Below, piece after piece: positions 37,540 through 47,649 of a stretch of 59,248 nucleotides of DNA. The notes below the pieces were generated by a model. That model saw nothing but the letters and a program-made list of their open reading frames with translations, was not told the DNA's origin and did not search any database. Position 1 is the first letter of the stretch. Each line of letters starts with the position of its first letter. Position numbers and translations under genes: made by a program. Source of the stretch: Pseudomonadota bacterium (GTDB lineage: Bacteria > Desulfobacterota > Desulfovibrionia > Desulfovibrionales > Desulfomicrobiaceae). The stretch is from assembly GCA_030529235.1 (NCBI GenBank), contig JAUMXF010000002.1, positions 1 through 59,248 of the forward strand. Reading direction: 5' to 3'.

Positions 37540-39204
37540 ATGTACGAATACGGAGACATTTTTCTCAGCGGCTATGCGGTGCTGTGGACGCTGTTTCTCA
37601 TCCTCATGCTGGCGGTGAACATTCATCTGCGGCAGAAAGCGGAGGAACGCCTGGCTCTGGCCATCGCCGGCACCAACGAGGGCGTTTGGGACTGGAACAG
37701 AGTCACGGACAAGGTTTTTTATTCCCCCCGGTGGAAGGAAATCATCGGATATCGGGACGAGGAACTGCCCAACAAGCTGGAAGAATGGAAAAAGCGCATC
37801 CACCCCGACGATCTGGGACGTGTCCTTGGAGTCAACGACCTCATGTACAGCGATCTGGAGGCGGTTCACTTCGAGGTCGAATACCGGCTTCTCCACAAGG
37901 ATGGCTCCTATCGCTGGATTCTCGGCCGGGGCACCTGCCTGCGGGACAAGGACGGGAAGCCTTACCGCATGGTCGGAGCCCACGCGGACATCACCGAACG
38001 AAAGCTCATGGAAGAAGAGCTGATCATGGCCCGCGACGAGGCCCTTGGCGCAAGCACGGCCAAAAGCGAGTTTCTGGCCAACATGAGCCATGAAATCCGC
38101 ACACCTCTCAATGGCATGCTGGGCATGCTGCAACTTCTGGAAGCTTCGAGGCTGACGGAGGAACAGATCTCCTATGTGCGTATGGCGGCGGATTCGGGCC
38201 GCAGGCTGACCGGCCTGTTGACGGACATCCTGGAACTGTCCCGGCTCGAGGCGGGCAAGCTGGACAAGGAAGAACGGGTTTTCGGCCTTGCGGAAGTCCG
38301 CGAAGCCACGCTGGGACTTTTTTCCAGAGATGTCCGGAACAAGGGGCTGGAGCTGGAATTCATGCTCGATCCGGCATTGCCTGGGAATCTGCTGGGAAAC
38401 GAGTCCCGGTTGCGGCAGATCCTGTTCAATCTGGTGGGTAATGCCGTCAAGTTCACGACTGAAGGCGGCGTGCGGGTCAGCGCCCGGCTGCTGACCAGCG
38501 GTGGTCAGGCCCTGCGGGTGCTTTTCAGCGTGGAGGACGACGGCCCGGGAATTCCCGACGATCTGCTCGGCCGGATTTTCGAGCCCTTCGTGCAGGGGGA
38601 AACATCCTATGTCCGCAATCATCAGGGTGCCGGACTTGGTTTGCCCATCGTCAAGCGGCTGGTGCGGATGATGGGCGGCACTCTGGCCGTCGACAATGGC
38701 GGACGGGGGCTGAGCGTGTGTTTCATGCTGCCTTTCCGGCGAGTGGAGGTCGTGGGCCCGGAGCGGGAGGAGGGAACATGTCCTTGTCTGACCGGGCTGC
38801 GGATTCTGCTGGCCGAGGACGATCCGGTGAGTATGCTGGCCGTAAGCCGCATGCTGGAGAGGGCCGGGCACTGCATCCATACAGCGGTGGACGGGTTGCG
38901 GGCTCTGGAGCGTGCCCGGGCGGAAGAATTCGACGTGGTGCTCATGGATGTGCAGATGCCGGTCATGGACGGCATGGAAGCCACCCGGCGTCTGCGGGCG
39001 GACGAGGCATTGGCGGGCCGGATCAGGGTCCCCGTCATCGCCATGACGGCTTATGCCATGGAAGGTGACCGGGAGCGGATTCTGGCCGCGGGAATGACCG
39101 ATTATGTACCCAAGCCCGTGAACTGGAAAGCGCTTAACGCGGCTATCGTGCGATGCGTGCAGGGCTCCGGCAAGGGGCGTGAAAACGGCAGCGCGGGCGC
39201 ATGA
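37540..39204 (+). CDS. Hybrid sensor kinase (TM-PAS-HisKA-HATPase-REC)
   Basis: [21 protein letters not shown] motifs, [24 protein letters not shown] and LMDVQMP. The start is uncertain. Confidence 0.9.
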   Translation: MYEYGDIFLSGYAVLWTLFLILMLAVNIHLRQKAEERLALAIAGTNEGVWDWNRVTDKVFYSPRWKEIIGYRDEELPNKLEEWKKRIHPDDLGRVLGVNDLMYSDLEAVHFEVEYRLLHKDGSYRWILGRGTCLRDKDGKPYRMVGAHADITERKLMEEELIMARDEALGASTAKSEFLANMSHEIRTPLNGMLGMLQLLEASRLTEEQISYVRMAADSGRRLTGLLTDILELSRLEAGKLDKEERVFGLAEVREATLGLFSRDVRNKGLELEFMLDPALPGNLLGNESRLRQILFNLVGNAVKFTTEGGVRVSARLLTSGGQALRVLFSVEDDGPGIPDDLLGRIFEPFVQGETSYVRNHQGAGLGLPIVKRLVRMMGGTLAVDNGGRGLSVCFMLPFRRVEVVGPEREEGTCPCLTGLRILLAEDDPVSMLAVSRMLERAGHCIHTAVDGLRALERARAEEFDVVLMDVQMPVMDGMEATRRLRADEALAGRIRVPVIAMTAYAMEGDRERILAAGMTDYVPKPVNWKALNAAIVRCVQGSGKGRENGSAGA

Positions 39205-40124
39205 ACGGCTGTGATCCGTCCGGGGACGCGGCGCTGCGGCAGGAGCTGGAGCATCTGCGCGCCCGGCTTCAGGTTCTGGTGGACGGCTCGCCCCTGGGAA
39301 TTTTCTTCGATGACGCGGAAGACCGCTGCGTCTACGTGAACCGGACCTTTTGCGGCATGATGGAACTGACCTTTCAAGAAGCTCTGGGAGACGGCTGGGC
39401 CCGGACCGTACACCCGGACGATCTGCCCGGGCTCATGCGCGAGCGTGCTTTGGCCGTGCGGGGTCGGGCCGAGGTGTTCCGGGCCGAATACCGCTATGTC
39501 TGTTCCGGCGGACGGACCGGCTGGGTTGAGGAGCAGACCCGCCCTGTTCTCGGCCCGGCCGGGGAACTTCTGGGATACGCGGGCACTCTGGCGGAAATTA
39601 CCTGGCGCAAGGAAGCGCAGCGGGAGCAGGAGCGGCGTACGGAAGAGCTGGAGGGCCGTGTGCGGGAGCGCACGGCGGAACTGCGGGAACAGACGGAACG
39701 CCTGTCTGAAATGAATGCAGCCCTGAAGGTGCTGCTGCGCCAGCGGGAGGAGGATCGGGCGGAACTGGAGCGGACCGTGCTGGCCAATGTGCGGAGCAGA
39801 ATCAAGCCTGCTCTGGATCTGCTGGCCGCACTGGGCGGAGAACCGCGCGCTCTCGATCTGCTGGAGGAGGTGCGCCGGGGGCTCGGGGAATTGACCGAGC
39901 CCTTCTGCCGTCGTCTTTCCGCCGCCAGCGGGCATCTGACGCCCTCAGAAATCCGGGTGGCGGACCTGATCCGGCAGGGCCTGACCTCCAAGGAAATCGC
40001 CCGCCGTCTGGGAGTGGGCGTTTCCACTGTGGATTCCCACCGCAATCATATCAGGGCCAAGCTGGGTCTGCATGGCAGACGGCCCGGCCTGCGAGCGTAT
40101 CTTCTGTCTCTGCAAGAAGATTGA
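39201..40124 (+). CDS. PAS-domain LuxR-family transcriptional regulator
   Basis: PAS motif GWARTVHPDD, a coiled coil, and a C-terminal HTH LTPSE..G.TSKEIA..L..TV..HR..IRAKLG. Confidence 0.9.
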   Translation: MNGCDPSGDAALRQELEHLRARLQVLVDGSPLGIFFDDAEDRCVYVNRTFCGMMELTFQEALGDGWARTVHPDDLPGLMRERALAVRGRAEVFRAEYRYVCSGGRTGWVEEQTRPVLGPAGELLGYAGTLAEITWRKEAQREQERRTEELEGRVRERTAELREQTERLSEMNAALKVLLRQREEDRAELERTVLANVRSRIKPALDLLAALGGEPRALDLLEEVRRGLGELTEPFCRRLSAASGHLTPSEIRVADLIRQGLTSKEIARRLGVGVSTVDSHRNHIRAKLGLHGRRPGLRAYLLSLQED

Positions 40125-40247
40125 GATCTTATCGTAATAAAATAAATAGGTTGGCTCGGGATTTGTCCGGAGTGCGGAACTGAAACGTTTTTTGTGAGCC
40201 TGCGTGCAGCTTATGCGGCGCGATGGAAGAGATTTGCGGAGGAACAC

Positions 40248-40574
40248 ATGGAGTGCATGCTGGCATATGTGACGGTCCCGGACATGGAAACAGCCCGCCG
40301 AATCGGACGTGCCGTGGTGGAGCGGCGTCTGGCCGCGTGCGTGAACATTCTGCCTGGCATGGAATCCATGTACTGGTGGAACGCGGAGGTGCAAAGCGGC
40401 AGCGAAGTGGTTCTCCTGGCCAAGACCACGCGGGCGTCTTTCGCGGCATTGACGGAATGCGTGGCCGGACTGCACCCGTACGAGGTGCCGTGCGTTGTGG
40501 GCGTGCCTCTTGTGGACGGACATGAACCGTTTCTGCGCTGGATCCGCGAGGAAACGTCGCCGGAAAAAAGTTGA
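40248..40574 (+). CDS. cutA: Divalent-cation tolerance protein CutA
   Basis: RLAACVN, SMYWW and HPYEVP motifs. GGAGG RBS. Confidence 0.92.
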   Translation: MECMLAYVTVPDMETARRIGRAVVERRLAACVNILPGMESMYWWNAEVQSGSEVVLLAKTTRASFAALTECVAGLHPYEVPCVVGVPLVDGHEPFLRWIREETSPEKS

Positions 40575-40699
40575 CGGCGCGGAACAAAGATTCATAGCAG
40601 AGGCGCGGGTGCCCGCCGCTCGTGATGGCTTTCGGGAGCCGCCGGGCCGTGGGGCAGAGGAGCTCTTCCCGCGAATATCAGACCGGAGACCTGCTGGAC

Positions 40700-42034
40700 G
40701 TGCGCTTTCATGTATTGACTTTCGGGTGCCAGATGAATGTTGCGGACTCGGACTGGCTGACCCGTTCCCTGGTGGCCCGCGGATGGACGCCGGCCGCCGA
40801 GGAAGAGGCGCAGGTTTTCGTGGTGACCACATGCAGCGTCCGTGAAAAGCCCGAGCAGAAAGTGTACTCCCTGCTTGGGCGACTCAAGGAGTACGCGGAC
40901 AGGAACCCGGAAGTCTTCGCGGCCGTGGGCGGCTGTGTGGCCCAGCAAGTGGGCGAGGAATTCTGGCGGCGGTTTCCCTTCGTACGACTGATCTTCGGCA
41001 CCGACGGCACGGGCATGGTGCCCCAGACTCTGGAGCGTCTGGCGCTGGACGCCGGATTGCGGGTCAGCCTGCTGGACTTTCTGGATCACTATCCGGAGCG
41101 GGAGCCGGCCGGGTCCGGAAATGTCGGTGCTCAGGCTTTCGTGAACATCATGCAGGGGTGCGACAATTTCTGCGCCTACTGCATTGTGCCGTTTACCCGC
41201 GGACGGCAGAAATCCCGCGCCGCCGATGCCGTGGTGGCCGAATGTGAGTCCCTGGTGCACCGGGGAGCCCGCGAACTGACCCTGCTCGGCCAGAACGTGA
41301 ACAGCTACGGTCAGGACCGGCGCGGCGACGGCACCACCTTTGCCGGACTGCTCCATCGCGTTGCGGCTGTTCCCGGCCTGCTGCGCCTGAAGTTCACCAC
41401 GTCGCATCCCAAAGATATCGCTCCGGAAGTGATCGAGGCGTTCCGCACCCTGCCCAACCTGAGCCCGCAGCTGCATCTGCCCGCACAGTCCGGCGCCGAC
41501 TCCGTACTGGCGGCCATGGGCCGCAAATATACCCGCGAGCGCTACATGGGTATTGTACGGGATTTGCGCGCGGCCTGTCCGCATATTGCGCTCAGCACAG
41601 ATATCATCGTGGGCTTTCCCGGCGAGACCGTACGGGATTTCGAGGAAACCCTGTCGCTGCTGGAGGAAGTGCGTTTCGTCTCGGCCTTTTCCTTCAAATA
41701 TTCGGATCGGCCGGGTGTGCGCGCCGAAAAGATGGATTTCAAGGTGCCGGAAGAAGAAAAGGCCAGACGTCTGGAAGTGCTCCAGGAGGTGCAAAACCGC
41801 ATCACGGCGGAAGATCTGCTGGCCCAGGTGGGCCGCCGGGCGCTGGTGCTGGTGGAAGGTCCGAGCAGAATGCAGGATGGCCGCGGCACGTTCTGGCGCG
41901 GCCGGGACGAGGGCGGACGGATCGTCAATTTTCCGCACCCGGGAACCGGGCTGACCGGGAAAATGGCTGAAGTGGCCATTCTGGAGGCGAAGAAACACTC
42001 GCTGACGGGCGAGATGCGAGGTGCCGCATGGTAG
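40700..42034 (+). CDS. miaB: tRNA-2-methylthio-N6-dimethylallyladenosine synthase
   Basis: TFGCQMN, TCSVRE, GCVAQ, radical-SAM CDNFCAYC, DIIVGFPGET and a C-terminal TRAM domain. GTG start inferred. Confidence 0.94.
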   Translation: MRFHVLTFGCQMNVADSDWLTRSLVARGWTPAAEEEAQVFVVTTCSVREKPEQKVYSLLGRLKEYADRNPEVFAAVGGCVAQQVGEEFWRRFPFVRLIFGTDGTGMVPQTLERLALDAGLRVSLLDFLDHYPEREPAGSGNVGAQAFVNIMQGCDNFCAYCIVPFTRGRQKSRAADAVVAECESLVHRGARELTLLGQNVNSYGQDRRGDGTTFAGLLHRVAAVPGLLRLKFTTSHPKDIAPEVIEAFRTLPNLSPQLHLPAQSGADSVLAAMGRKYTRERYMGIVRDLRAACPHIALSTDIIVGFPGETVRDFEETLSLLEEVRFVSAFSFKYSDRPGVRAEKMDFKVPEEEKARRLEVLQEVQNRITAEDLLAQVGRRALVLVEGPSRMQDGRGTFWRGRDEGGRIVNFPHPGTGLTGKMAEVAILEAKKHSLTGEMRGAAW

Positions 42035-42522
42035 AGATGATTGTTTTCGGGCTGGCCCTGGACGAGGACTCCCAGATGCCCATTCTCATCCTCAAGGACA
42101 AGGCGGAGGATGTGATTTTTCCCATCTGGATCGGCGCGCTGGAGGCCATGTCCATTTCCATAACCCTGAACAAGGTCGCCGTGCCCAGGCCCATGACTCA
42201 CGACCTGATGCTCAACGTCCTGGAGAAACTGTCCGCCAGGCTGGAGGCGGTGGAGATCGTGTCCATCCACGAAGGCACCTACTATGCGGAACTGGTGCTC
42301 TCTGTCGGCGGGGAAGAGCGTCGGGTGGACTGCCGCCCTTCGGATTCCATCGCCCTGGCCCTGCGTGCGGAAGCCCCCATCCGGGTGGCGGAGGAGGTCA
42401 TCGCCCTGAACAAAACCCTGCAAAAGGGCGGATTCCAGGAGGAACTGAAGGGCGAGGACAGTGAAAAATGGACGGAAATTCTGTCCCGGTACAGTCTCGA
42501 CGACATCAAATATAAAATGTGA
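42028..42522 (+). CDS. Bifunctional nuclease family protein (DUF151)
   Basis: PIWIG..EA, RPMTHDL and D.RPSDSIALA motifs. Confidence 0.88.
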   Translation: MVEMIVFGLALDEDSQMPILILKDKAEDVIFPIWIGALEAMSISITLNKVAVPRPMTHDLMLNVLEKLSARLEAVEIVSIHEGTYYAELVLSVGGEERRVDCRPSDSIALALRAEAPIRVAEEVIALNKTLQKGGFQEELKGEDSEKWTEILSRYSLDDIKYKM

Positions 42523-43175
42523 TGATTGACCTGCACACGCATACCATATTCAGCGACGGCGAACTGCTTCCGGCGGAGCTGGCCCGGCGGGCCAAGGTCG
42601 CCGGGTATCGGGCCATCGCCATTACCGACCACGCGGACGCTTCCAATCTGGAGCTGATAATGCCGAGGATATCCGCCATGGCGCGCGAGTACTCGGCGTA
42701 CATGGATCTGACCATCATCGCCGGAGTGGAACTGACCCACGTGCCGCCGGGCCTTGTGGAACAGGAGACGCGCCGGGCCAGGGAGCTTGGTGCGCAGGTC
42801 GTGGTCGTCCACGGGGAAACCATTGTGGAACCGGTGGAACGCGGCACGAATCTGGCGGCCATCGAGGCCGGGGTGGACGTGCTGGCCCATCCGGGTCTGA
42901 TCACGGAAGAGGAAGTCCGTCTGGCGGCGGAAAAAAACGTCCTGCTCGAAATCACCACCCGTTCCGGGCACGGCTACACCAACGGCCATGTGCTGACTCT
43001 GGCCCGCAGGCATGGGGCGGCCTTGGTGGTCAATAACGACGCTCACGCTCCCCGCGACCTGACGGACAGGGATTTGCGGCGCAAAATCGCTCTGGGATGC
43101 GGCATGACTCCCGAAGAGTACCGCATGGCGGACGAGCGCGCCTGGAATCTTGTGTCCCGCTGTCTTTCCCTGTAG
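42522..43175 (+). CDS. PHP-domain phosphoesterase (histidinol phosphatase-like)
   Basis: Complete PHP motifs DLHTH, SDG, ITDH, GVE, AHP and NDAH. TGATG coupling to the upstream gene. Confidence 0.88.
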   Translation: MIDLHTHTIFSDGELLPAELARRAKVAGYRAIAITDHADASNLELIMPRISAMAREYSAYMDLTIIAGVELTHVPPGLVEQETRRARELGAQVVVVHGETIVEPVERGTNLAAIEAGVDVLAHPGLITEEEVRLAAEKNVLLEITTRSGHGYTNGHVLTLARRHGAALVVNNDAHAPRDLTDRDLRRKIALGCGMTPEEYRMADERAWNLVSRCLSL

Positions 43176-43223
43176 GGGTGCGATCTCCATTTCCCATCAA
43201 ATCAAGCGGAAGGTGAATATATC

Positions 43224-44012
43224 ATGGAAACAGTGCCACAGATCGGCGATGTGCAGCAGATGAATCTTACGCAGCCCGATGTCGCCCAACAGCTCGGCGC
43301 GGGGACACAACTGGGCGGAATGCAGTCCCTGGGCCTCTGGGATATGATCTCCAACGCCACGCTGGTCGTACAGGGCGTGATGGGGCTTTTGCTGCTCATG
43401 TCGCTCATCAGCTGGTCCATCATTTTCTTCAAGATTGCCCAGATTCATTTCGGACGCCGGAAGGCCATTCACGAACGGACTCTTTTCCGGAACGCGACCA
43501 ATCTGGCCGATGGTGTGCAGATCCTGCGGGAAGAAAGATCGTCCATCCTGTACCCCGTGGCCAAGAAAGGGCTGACGGAATTCCGCCGTCTGGAGCAGTC
43601 CGTCATCCATCCCAACCTCAAATTCCGTGTGGCCGGAGACAATTTGCGGCGGGTGCTGGAAGAGGGTGTGCGCGAAAGTCTGGGCAGCATGTCCGCGTCT
43701 CTCGCCTTTCTGGCTACCTGCGCCAATTCCGCACCGTTCATCGGCCTGTTCGGGACGGTGTGGGGTATCATGAACTCCTTTCACGCCATCGGGCAGATGA
43801 AGACGGCCGCACTGGCCGCCGTGGCGCCGGGAATTTCCGAGGCTCTGGTGGCCACCGCCATCGGTCTGGCCGTGGCCATTCCGGCCACCATAGCCTACAA
43901 CACCTTTCTGGGCATGATCAACACGGTGCAGACGGAGATGGAATGCTTTGCCAGCGAATTTTTGAATCGCGCCCAGCTCGAGCTGCCGTGGATGAACAAG
44001 CGGGGTGAATAA
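43224..44012 (+). CDS. tolQ: Tol-Pal system protein TolQ
   Basis: APFIGLFGTVWGIM and APGISEALVATAIGL motifs. An alternative start exists at 43320. Confidence 0.92.
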   Translation: METVPQIGDVQQMNLTQPDVAQQLGAGTQLGGMQSLGLWDMISNATLVVQGVMGLLLLMSLISWSIIFFKIAQIHFGRRKAIHERTLFRNATNLADGVQILREERSSILYPVAKKGLTEFRRLEQSVIHPNLKFRVAGDNLRRVLEEGVRESLGSMSASLAFLATCANSAPFIGLFGTVWGIMNSFHAIGQMKTAALAAVAPGISEALVATAIGLAVAIPATIAYNTFLGMINTVQTEMECFASEFLNRAQLELPWMNKRGE

Positions 44013-44014
44013 CC

Positions 44015-44419
44015 ATGCAGCTGAACGGAAAGGGTTTTTTGGCGGAAATCAACGTCACGCCTTTCGTGGACGTGATGCTGGTGCTGCTTATCATCTTCAT
44101 GGTCACCGCTCCCATGCTGACTCAGGGCGTGGAAGTGGACCTGCCGGAAACCAAGACGGTGGAAACACTCCCGGAAGACAGTGAGACCGTGGTGCTGAAG
44201 ATTCTGAAGGACGGCACCATCAAGCTGGACAAATACGAGGTCAAACTGGATGAGCTGGGCAATTATCTGAAGCGGATGGAGCTGGAGAAAGGCAATCTGC
44301 TCTATCTCCAGGCCGACAAGGACGTGGCCTACGGAACCGTGGTCAAGGTCATGGCGGAGGTCCGGGCCGCCGGTGTGCAGAAGCTGGGAGTGGTGGCGGA
44401 ACCCGAGGACGAAAAATAG
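44015..44419 (+). CDS. tolR: Tol-Pal system protein TolR
   Basis: EINVTPFVDVMLVLLIIFMV and ADK.V.YG motifs. Confidence 0.93.
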   Translation: MQLNGKGFLAEINVTPFVDVMLVLLIIFMVTAPMLTQGVEVDLPETKTVETLPEDSETVVLKILKDGTIKLDKYEVKLDELGNYLKRMELEKGNLLYLQADKDVAYGTVVKVMAEVRAAGVQKLGVVAEPEDEK

Positions 44420-44563
44420 CGTCTGGCCTGCGCGGGCGGCGTTCTTTTTTCACTGCGAGTCCGGTCAACGCCGGTTCCGCGTTCCGCTGAATTTACCCTA
44501 ACATCGAACTGTCCGCGCAACGCCAGACGGCGTGCGGCGGATGGCTTTCGCGATAAAGGCAAG

Positions 44564-45514
44564 ATGTCGAGTCCGTTGCGTCATGTAAGCTGGGTTCTTT
44601 CCCTTGTGTTCCACATCCTGGTGATTGTGGGGGGGGCGTATTTTGCCGCCGGAACCCATGTGAAGATCAATCTGGACAGGAAAATGTACGAGGTCAGTCT
44701 GGTCGGGGCGCCGAACAAGGGCAAGCCCGGAGCCAAAAGCGCGCTCCGGCCCTCGGCACGGCAGGCGGACGCGCGCAAGAAACCTCCGTCCAAGGCCGCT
44801 CCTGAAGCCAAACCTCTGCCTGAACAGAAAAAACCCGAGAAGAAGACTGCGCCTCCCGATACGGCCAAGGCCATCCCGCAGGAAACGGTGAATGCGACCA
44901 AGACGGCCGAGGTCAAAGAAAAAGAAAAGACCGAAACAAAAAAGGAAGACCCGAAAGCCGCCGAGGCCAAAAAGGACGCCGCCGCGAAGAATGCCACAGC
45001 CAAGAAGACGGAAAAACCGCAGAGCAAGGAAGATATTCTGGCCCAGGCTTTGAGCGAGGCCAGCAAAACGGCGAAGAGCACCAAGGGAAAATCCGGCGGG
45101 CCAGCCAAAAGCTCCAAGGGCGGTTCCAAGGACGCCCTGAAAGACGCGCTGGCCGATCTGGGCAAGGAAGTGGCCGGACGGGGACGCCAAGGTGACGGAA
45201 CCGCCGAGGACGGAGACGGAACGGGCGAATCCTCCGGCACCATCGAGGAATGGTACGCAACGCAGGTGGTCCGGGCCGTCCGGCAGAACTGGCGTTTTCC
45301 CCGGCTTTCCAACGTGGTGCTGGCCACCAGACTGGAGCTGCGCCTGAACAGGGCCGGAGAAATTCTGTCCTACCGCCAGCTCAGCGGGTCGGGCCGGGCG
45401 GATTTCGATTCTTCGGTGCAACGCGCCGTGGAAGACACCAAACGGCTGCCCCGGGTGCCCGAAAGCGTGGGCACGACCATCGTCATAACTTTCTATAACA
45501 CGGACAACGAGTAG
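44564..45514 (+). CDS. tolA: Tol-Pal system protein TolA
   Basis: TM anchor with S..FH motif, a Lys/Ala/Glu/Pro-rich stalk, and a TonB-C-like end (SG..FD.S..RA). Lies between tolR and tolB. Confidence 0.85.
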   Translation: MSSPLRHVSWVLSLVFHILVIVGGAYFAAGTHVKINLDRKMYEVSLVGAPNKGKPGAKSALRPSARQADARKKPPSKAAPEAKPLPEQKKPEKKTAPPDTAKAIPQETVNATKTAEVKEKEKTETKKEDPKAAEAKKDAAAKNATAKKTEKPQSKEDILAQALSEASKTAKSTKGKSGGPAKSSKGGSKDALKDALADLGKEVAGRGRQGDGTAEDGDGTGESSGTIEEWYATQVVRAVRQNWRFPRLSNVVLATRLELRLNRAGEILSYRQLSGSGRADFDSSVQRAVEDTKRLPRVPESVGTTIVITFYNTDNE

Positions 45515-45523
45515 GAGGCTGTT

Positions 45524-46840
45524 TTGATCAGAACCGTTCTCGTTTTTATTGCGCTGTGCGCTTCCATTGTTTCCGCTTCGATTGCGGGAGCGCTGAATAT
45601 CGATATTTACGGCCCGGGTCAGTCCAGGGTCAATCTGTTCATCGCGGAGGCTCTTTCCAAGGATGGTGCCGGGGCCCTGAGCGCCATACCGGGCAACGCG
45701 CCGGCGGACCTGCAGCAGCGCATTCACGCGAATTGCGCATTTCTGCCTTTCTTCACCATGCTTTCCGGCCGTGATATTGTCGGCGGTCCCAATCCCGGCG
45801 GATATGCCGGGCAGAACATCGACTTCAACAAGTTCAAGCTTTCCCGTGCGGATGTGCTGGTCACTGCGGCCTGGGCTCCGCGCCCCGGCGGGGTGGGCGA
45901 AGTGGAACTGCGCGCGTACGAGGTATACACTGGGCGGCTTATCGTGGGCAAAGGCTACAGCGTGGACACGAGCCAGCAGGTGCCCGAAGCGGCCGCCAGA
46001 TTCTGCGCGGACCTGATGGAAGCTCTCACCGGCAACGGCGATTTCTTCCGGTCCAATCTGGCATTTGTCAAAAAGGAGGGCAACCGCAAGCAGATCTACA
46101 TGTGCACGGCCCAGGGGCTCAATTTGCAGAAAGTGACCAACCTCGACGGCATCTGTGTCAGTCCGGCCTGGTCTCATGACGGCCAGAAGCTGGCCTTTGT
46201 TTTTCTGGACAACAAGTTTCACAACCTCTGCATCTGGGACAGAAGAGCCAGATCGCTGCAGAAGGTCCGGCTGCCGGGAAATACCCTGATCGCTCCGGCG
46301 TTCACCAATGCGGGAACAGTGGCCATCAGCCTCGATATGCGCGGTAATCCGGACATTTACGAGCTCAGGCCGCAGCTTTCCGTGGGACGTGTCCTGGAAG
46401 AGAACTGGGGCATAGATATCGGCGCGGATTTTGACCGTTCCGGGCAGAAAATGGTGTTCGTCTCCAACAGGCTTGGAAATCCCCACATCTTTCTGAAAAA
46501 TCTCGCGTCCGGCGAAGTCCGGCGTGTGTCCATGAACGGAAAATACAACACCGGGCCAAGCATCAGCCCGGATGGCTCCCAGGTTGTTTTCGCCCGGATG
46601 GTCAACGGACATCACAAGCTTTTTCTGGTGGATATCGCCTCCGGGCGGGAACGCCAGTTGACTTTCGGGCCGAATAGTGATGAGGACCCCACATGGTCTC
46701 CTGACGGCTATTTCATAGCTTTTTCGTCCAACAGATCAGGGAAGAAACAGTTGTATCTGACCACGAAGCATGGAGACGAACCAATTCTGATTCCAACCGG
46801 TCCCGGAGATGCGGAGGCGCCGGCCTGGGGGAAACTGTAA
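45524..46840 (+). CDS. tolB: Tol-Pal system protein TolB
   Basis: Signal peptide and PD40 repeats (PAWSHDG, PSISPDG, PTWSPDG). Confidence 0.9.
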   Translation: MIRTVLVFIALCASIVSASIAGALNIDIYGPGQSRVNLFIAEALSKDGAGALSAIPGNAPADLQQRIHANCAFLPFFTMLSGRDIVGGPNPGGYAGQNIDFNKFKLSRADVLVTAAWAPRPGGVGEVELRAYEVYTGRLIVGKGYSVDTSQQVPEAAARFCADLMEALTGNGDFFRSNLAFVKKEGNRKQIYMCTAQGLNLQKVTNLDGICVSPAWSHDGQKLAFVFLDNKFHNLCIWDRRARSLQKVRLPGNTLIAPAFTNAGTVAISLDMRGNPDIYELRPQLSVGRVLEENWGIDIGADFDRSGQKMVFVSNRLGNPHIFLKNLASGEVRRVSMNGKYNTGPSISPDGSQVVFARMVNGHHKLFLVDIASGRERQLTFGPNSDEDPTWSPDGYFIAFSSNRSGKKQLYLTTKHGDEPILIPTGPGDAEAPAWGKL

Positions 46841-46881
46841 TAGTGGCAAGGATTTGAATTTTTGCGTTAACGGAGGAAGTT

Positions 46882-47418
46882 ATGAGGAAGTTGAATGTTT
46901 TCGGATTGATTGTGTTGGTGTTCTGCCTGGCTCTGGCCGGAGGCTGCTCCAAGAAAGTAAGCTCCACTCCTGCGGGCGGCATGGGTGCCGGTTCCGATTC
47001 CATGTCCGGGCAGGGCGGCATGGGTGCCGGGGATATGGAATCACAGCGCCTCATGGAAATGCAGCGTCAGGCCATTGAAAAAATCAGCGCGAACAGAATT
47101 TATTTCGCCTTCGACTCCAACGAGCTGAGTCAGGAAGCCCGCCAGATTCTGACCGAGAAGGTTGAGCTACTGAAGGCCAATCCGTCTTTGAATCTGCTCA
47201 TTGAGGGCCACTGCGACGAGCGCGGCACCAACGAGTACAACTTGGCCCTGGGTGAACGCAGAGCTCGCGCGGCCTACGAATTTCTGGTGCTGATGGGCAT
47301 CAGTTCCTCCAGACTGTCCATCATCAGCTACGGTGAAGAGTATCCCGCCGTTCAGGGTGGTAACGAAGCCGCCTGGGCCAAGAACAGACGTGACGAGTTC
47401 AAGGCCAGCGCCAACTAA
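46882..47418 (+). CDS. pal: Peptidoglycan-associated lipoprotein
   Basis: Lipobox AGG-C, IEGHCDERGTNEYNLALGERRA, SYGEE and KNRR motifs. Confidence 0.96.
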   Translation: MRKLNVFGLIVLVFCLALAGGCSKKVSSTPAGGMGAGSDSMSGQGGMGAGDMESQRLMEMQRQAIEKISANRIYFAFDSNELSQEARQILTEKVELLKANPSLNLLIEGHCDERGTNEYNLALGERRARAAYEFLVLMGISSSRLSIISYGEEYPAVQGGNEAAWAKNRRDEFKASAN

Positions 47419-47461
47419 AAGCCACTTGGACGAACATCCTGAATCCCAATGGGGATGGAAG

Positions 47462-47488
47462 AAACCCTGCCTTTCGGCGGGGTTTTTT
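47462..47488 (+). terminator. Intrinsic terminator after pal
   Basis: AAACCCTGCC-TTTC-GGCGGGGTTT followed by further T residues. Confidence 0.82.
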
Positions 47489-47649
47489 CATGGCGTATCG
47501 CCAGAAACGGGAGAATCGCCGGGCACCGCGCCTTGTCGTCTGATCTTGTGACCCGGAGAACTCCCGTTTCTGTATCCTGTCCTCGCGGCTTCGCCTCCGG
47601 GGATACGATGAGGATATTTCTGTGCATGCTTTTTGCTTTGAGGTTCACC

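Noticed and set aside
34117-40124. Genomic island integrated at tRNA-Leu
   Set aside because: I found no integrase and no duplicate of the tRNA 3' end by eye, and the tRNA is followed by an ordinary terminator.
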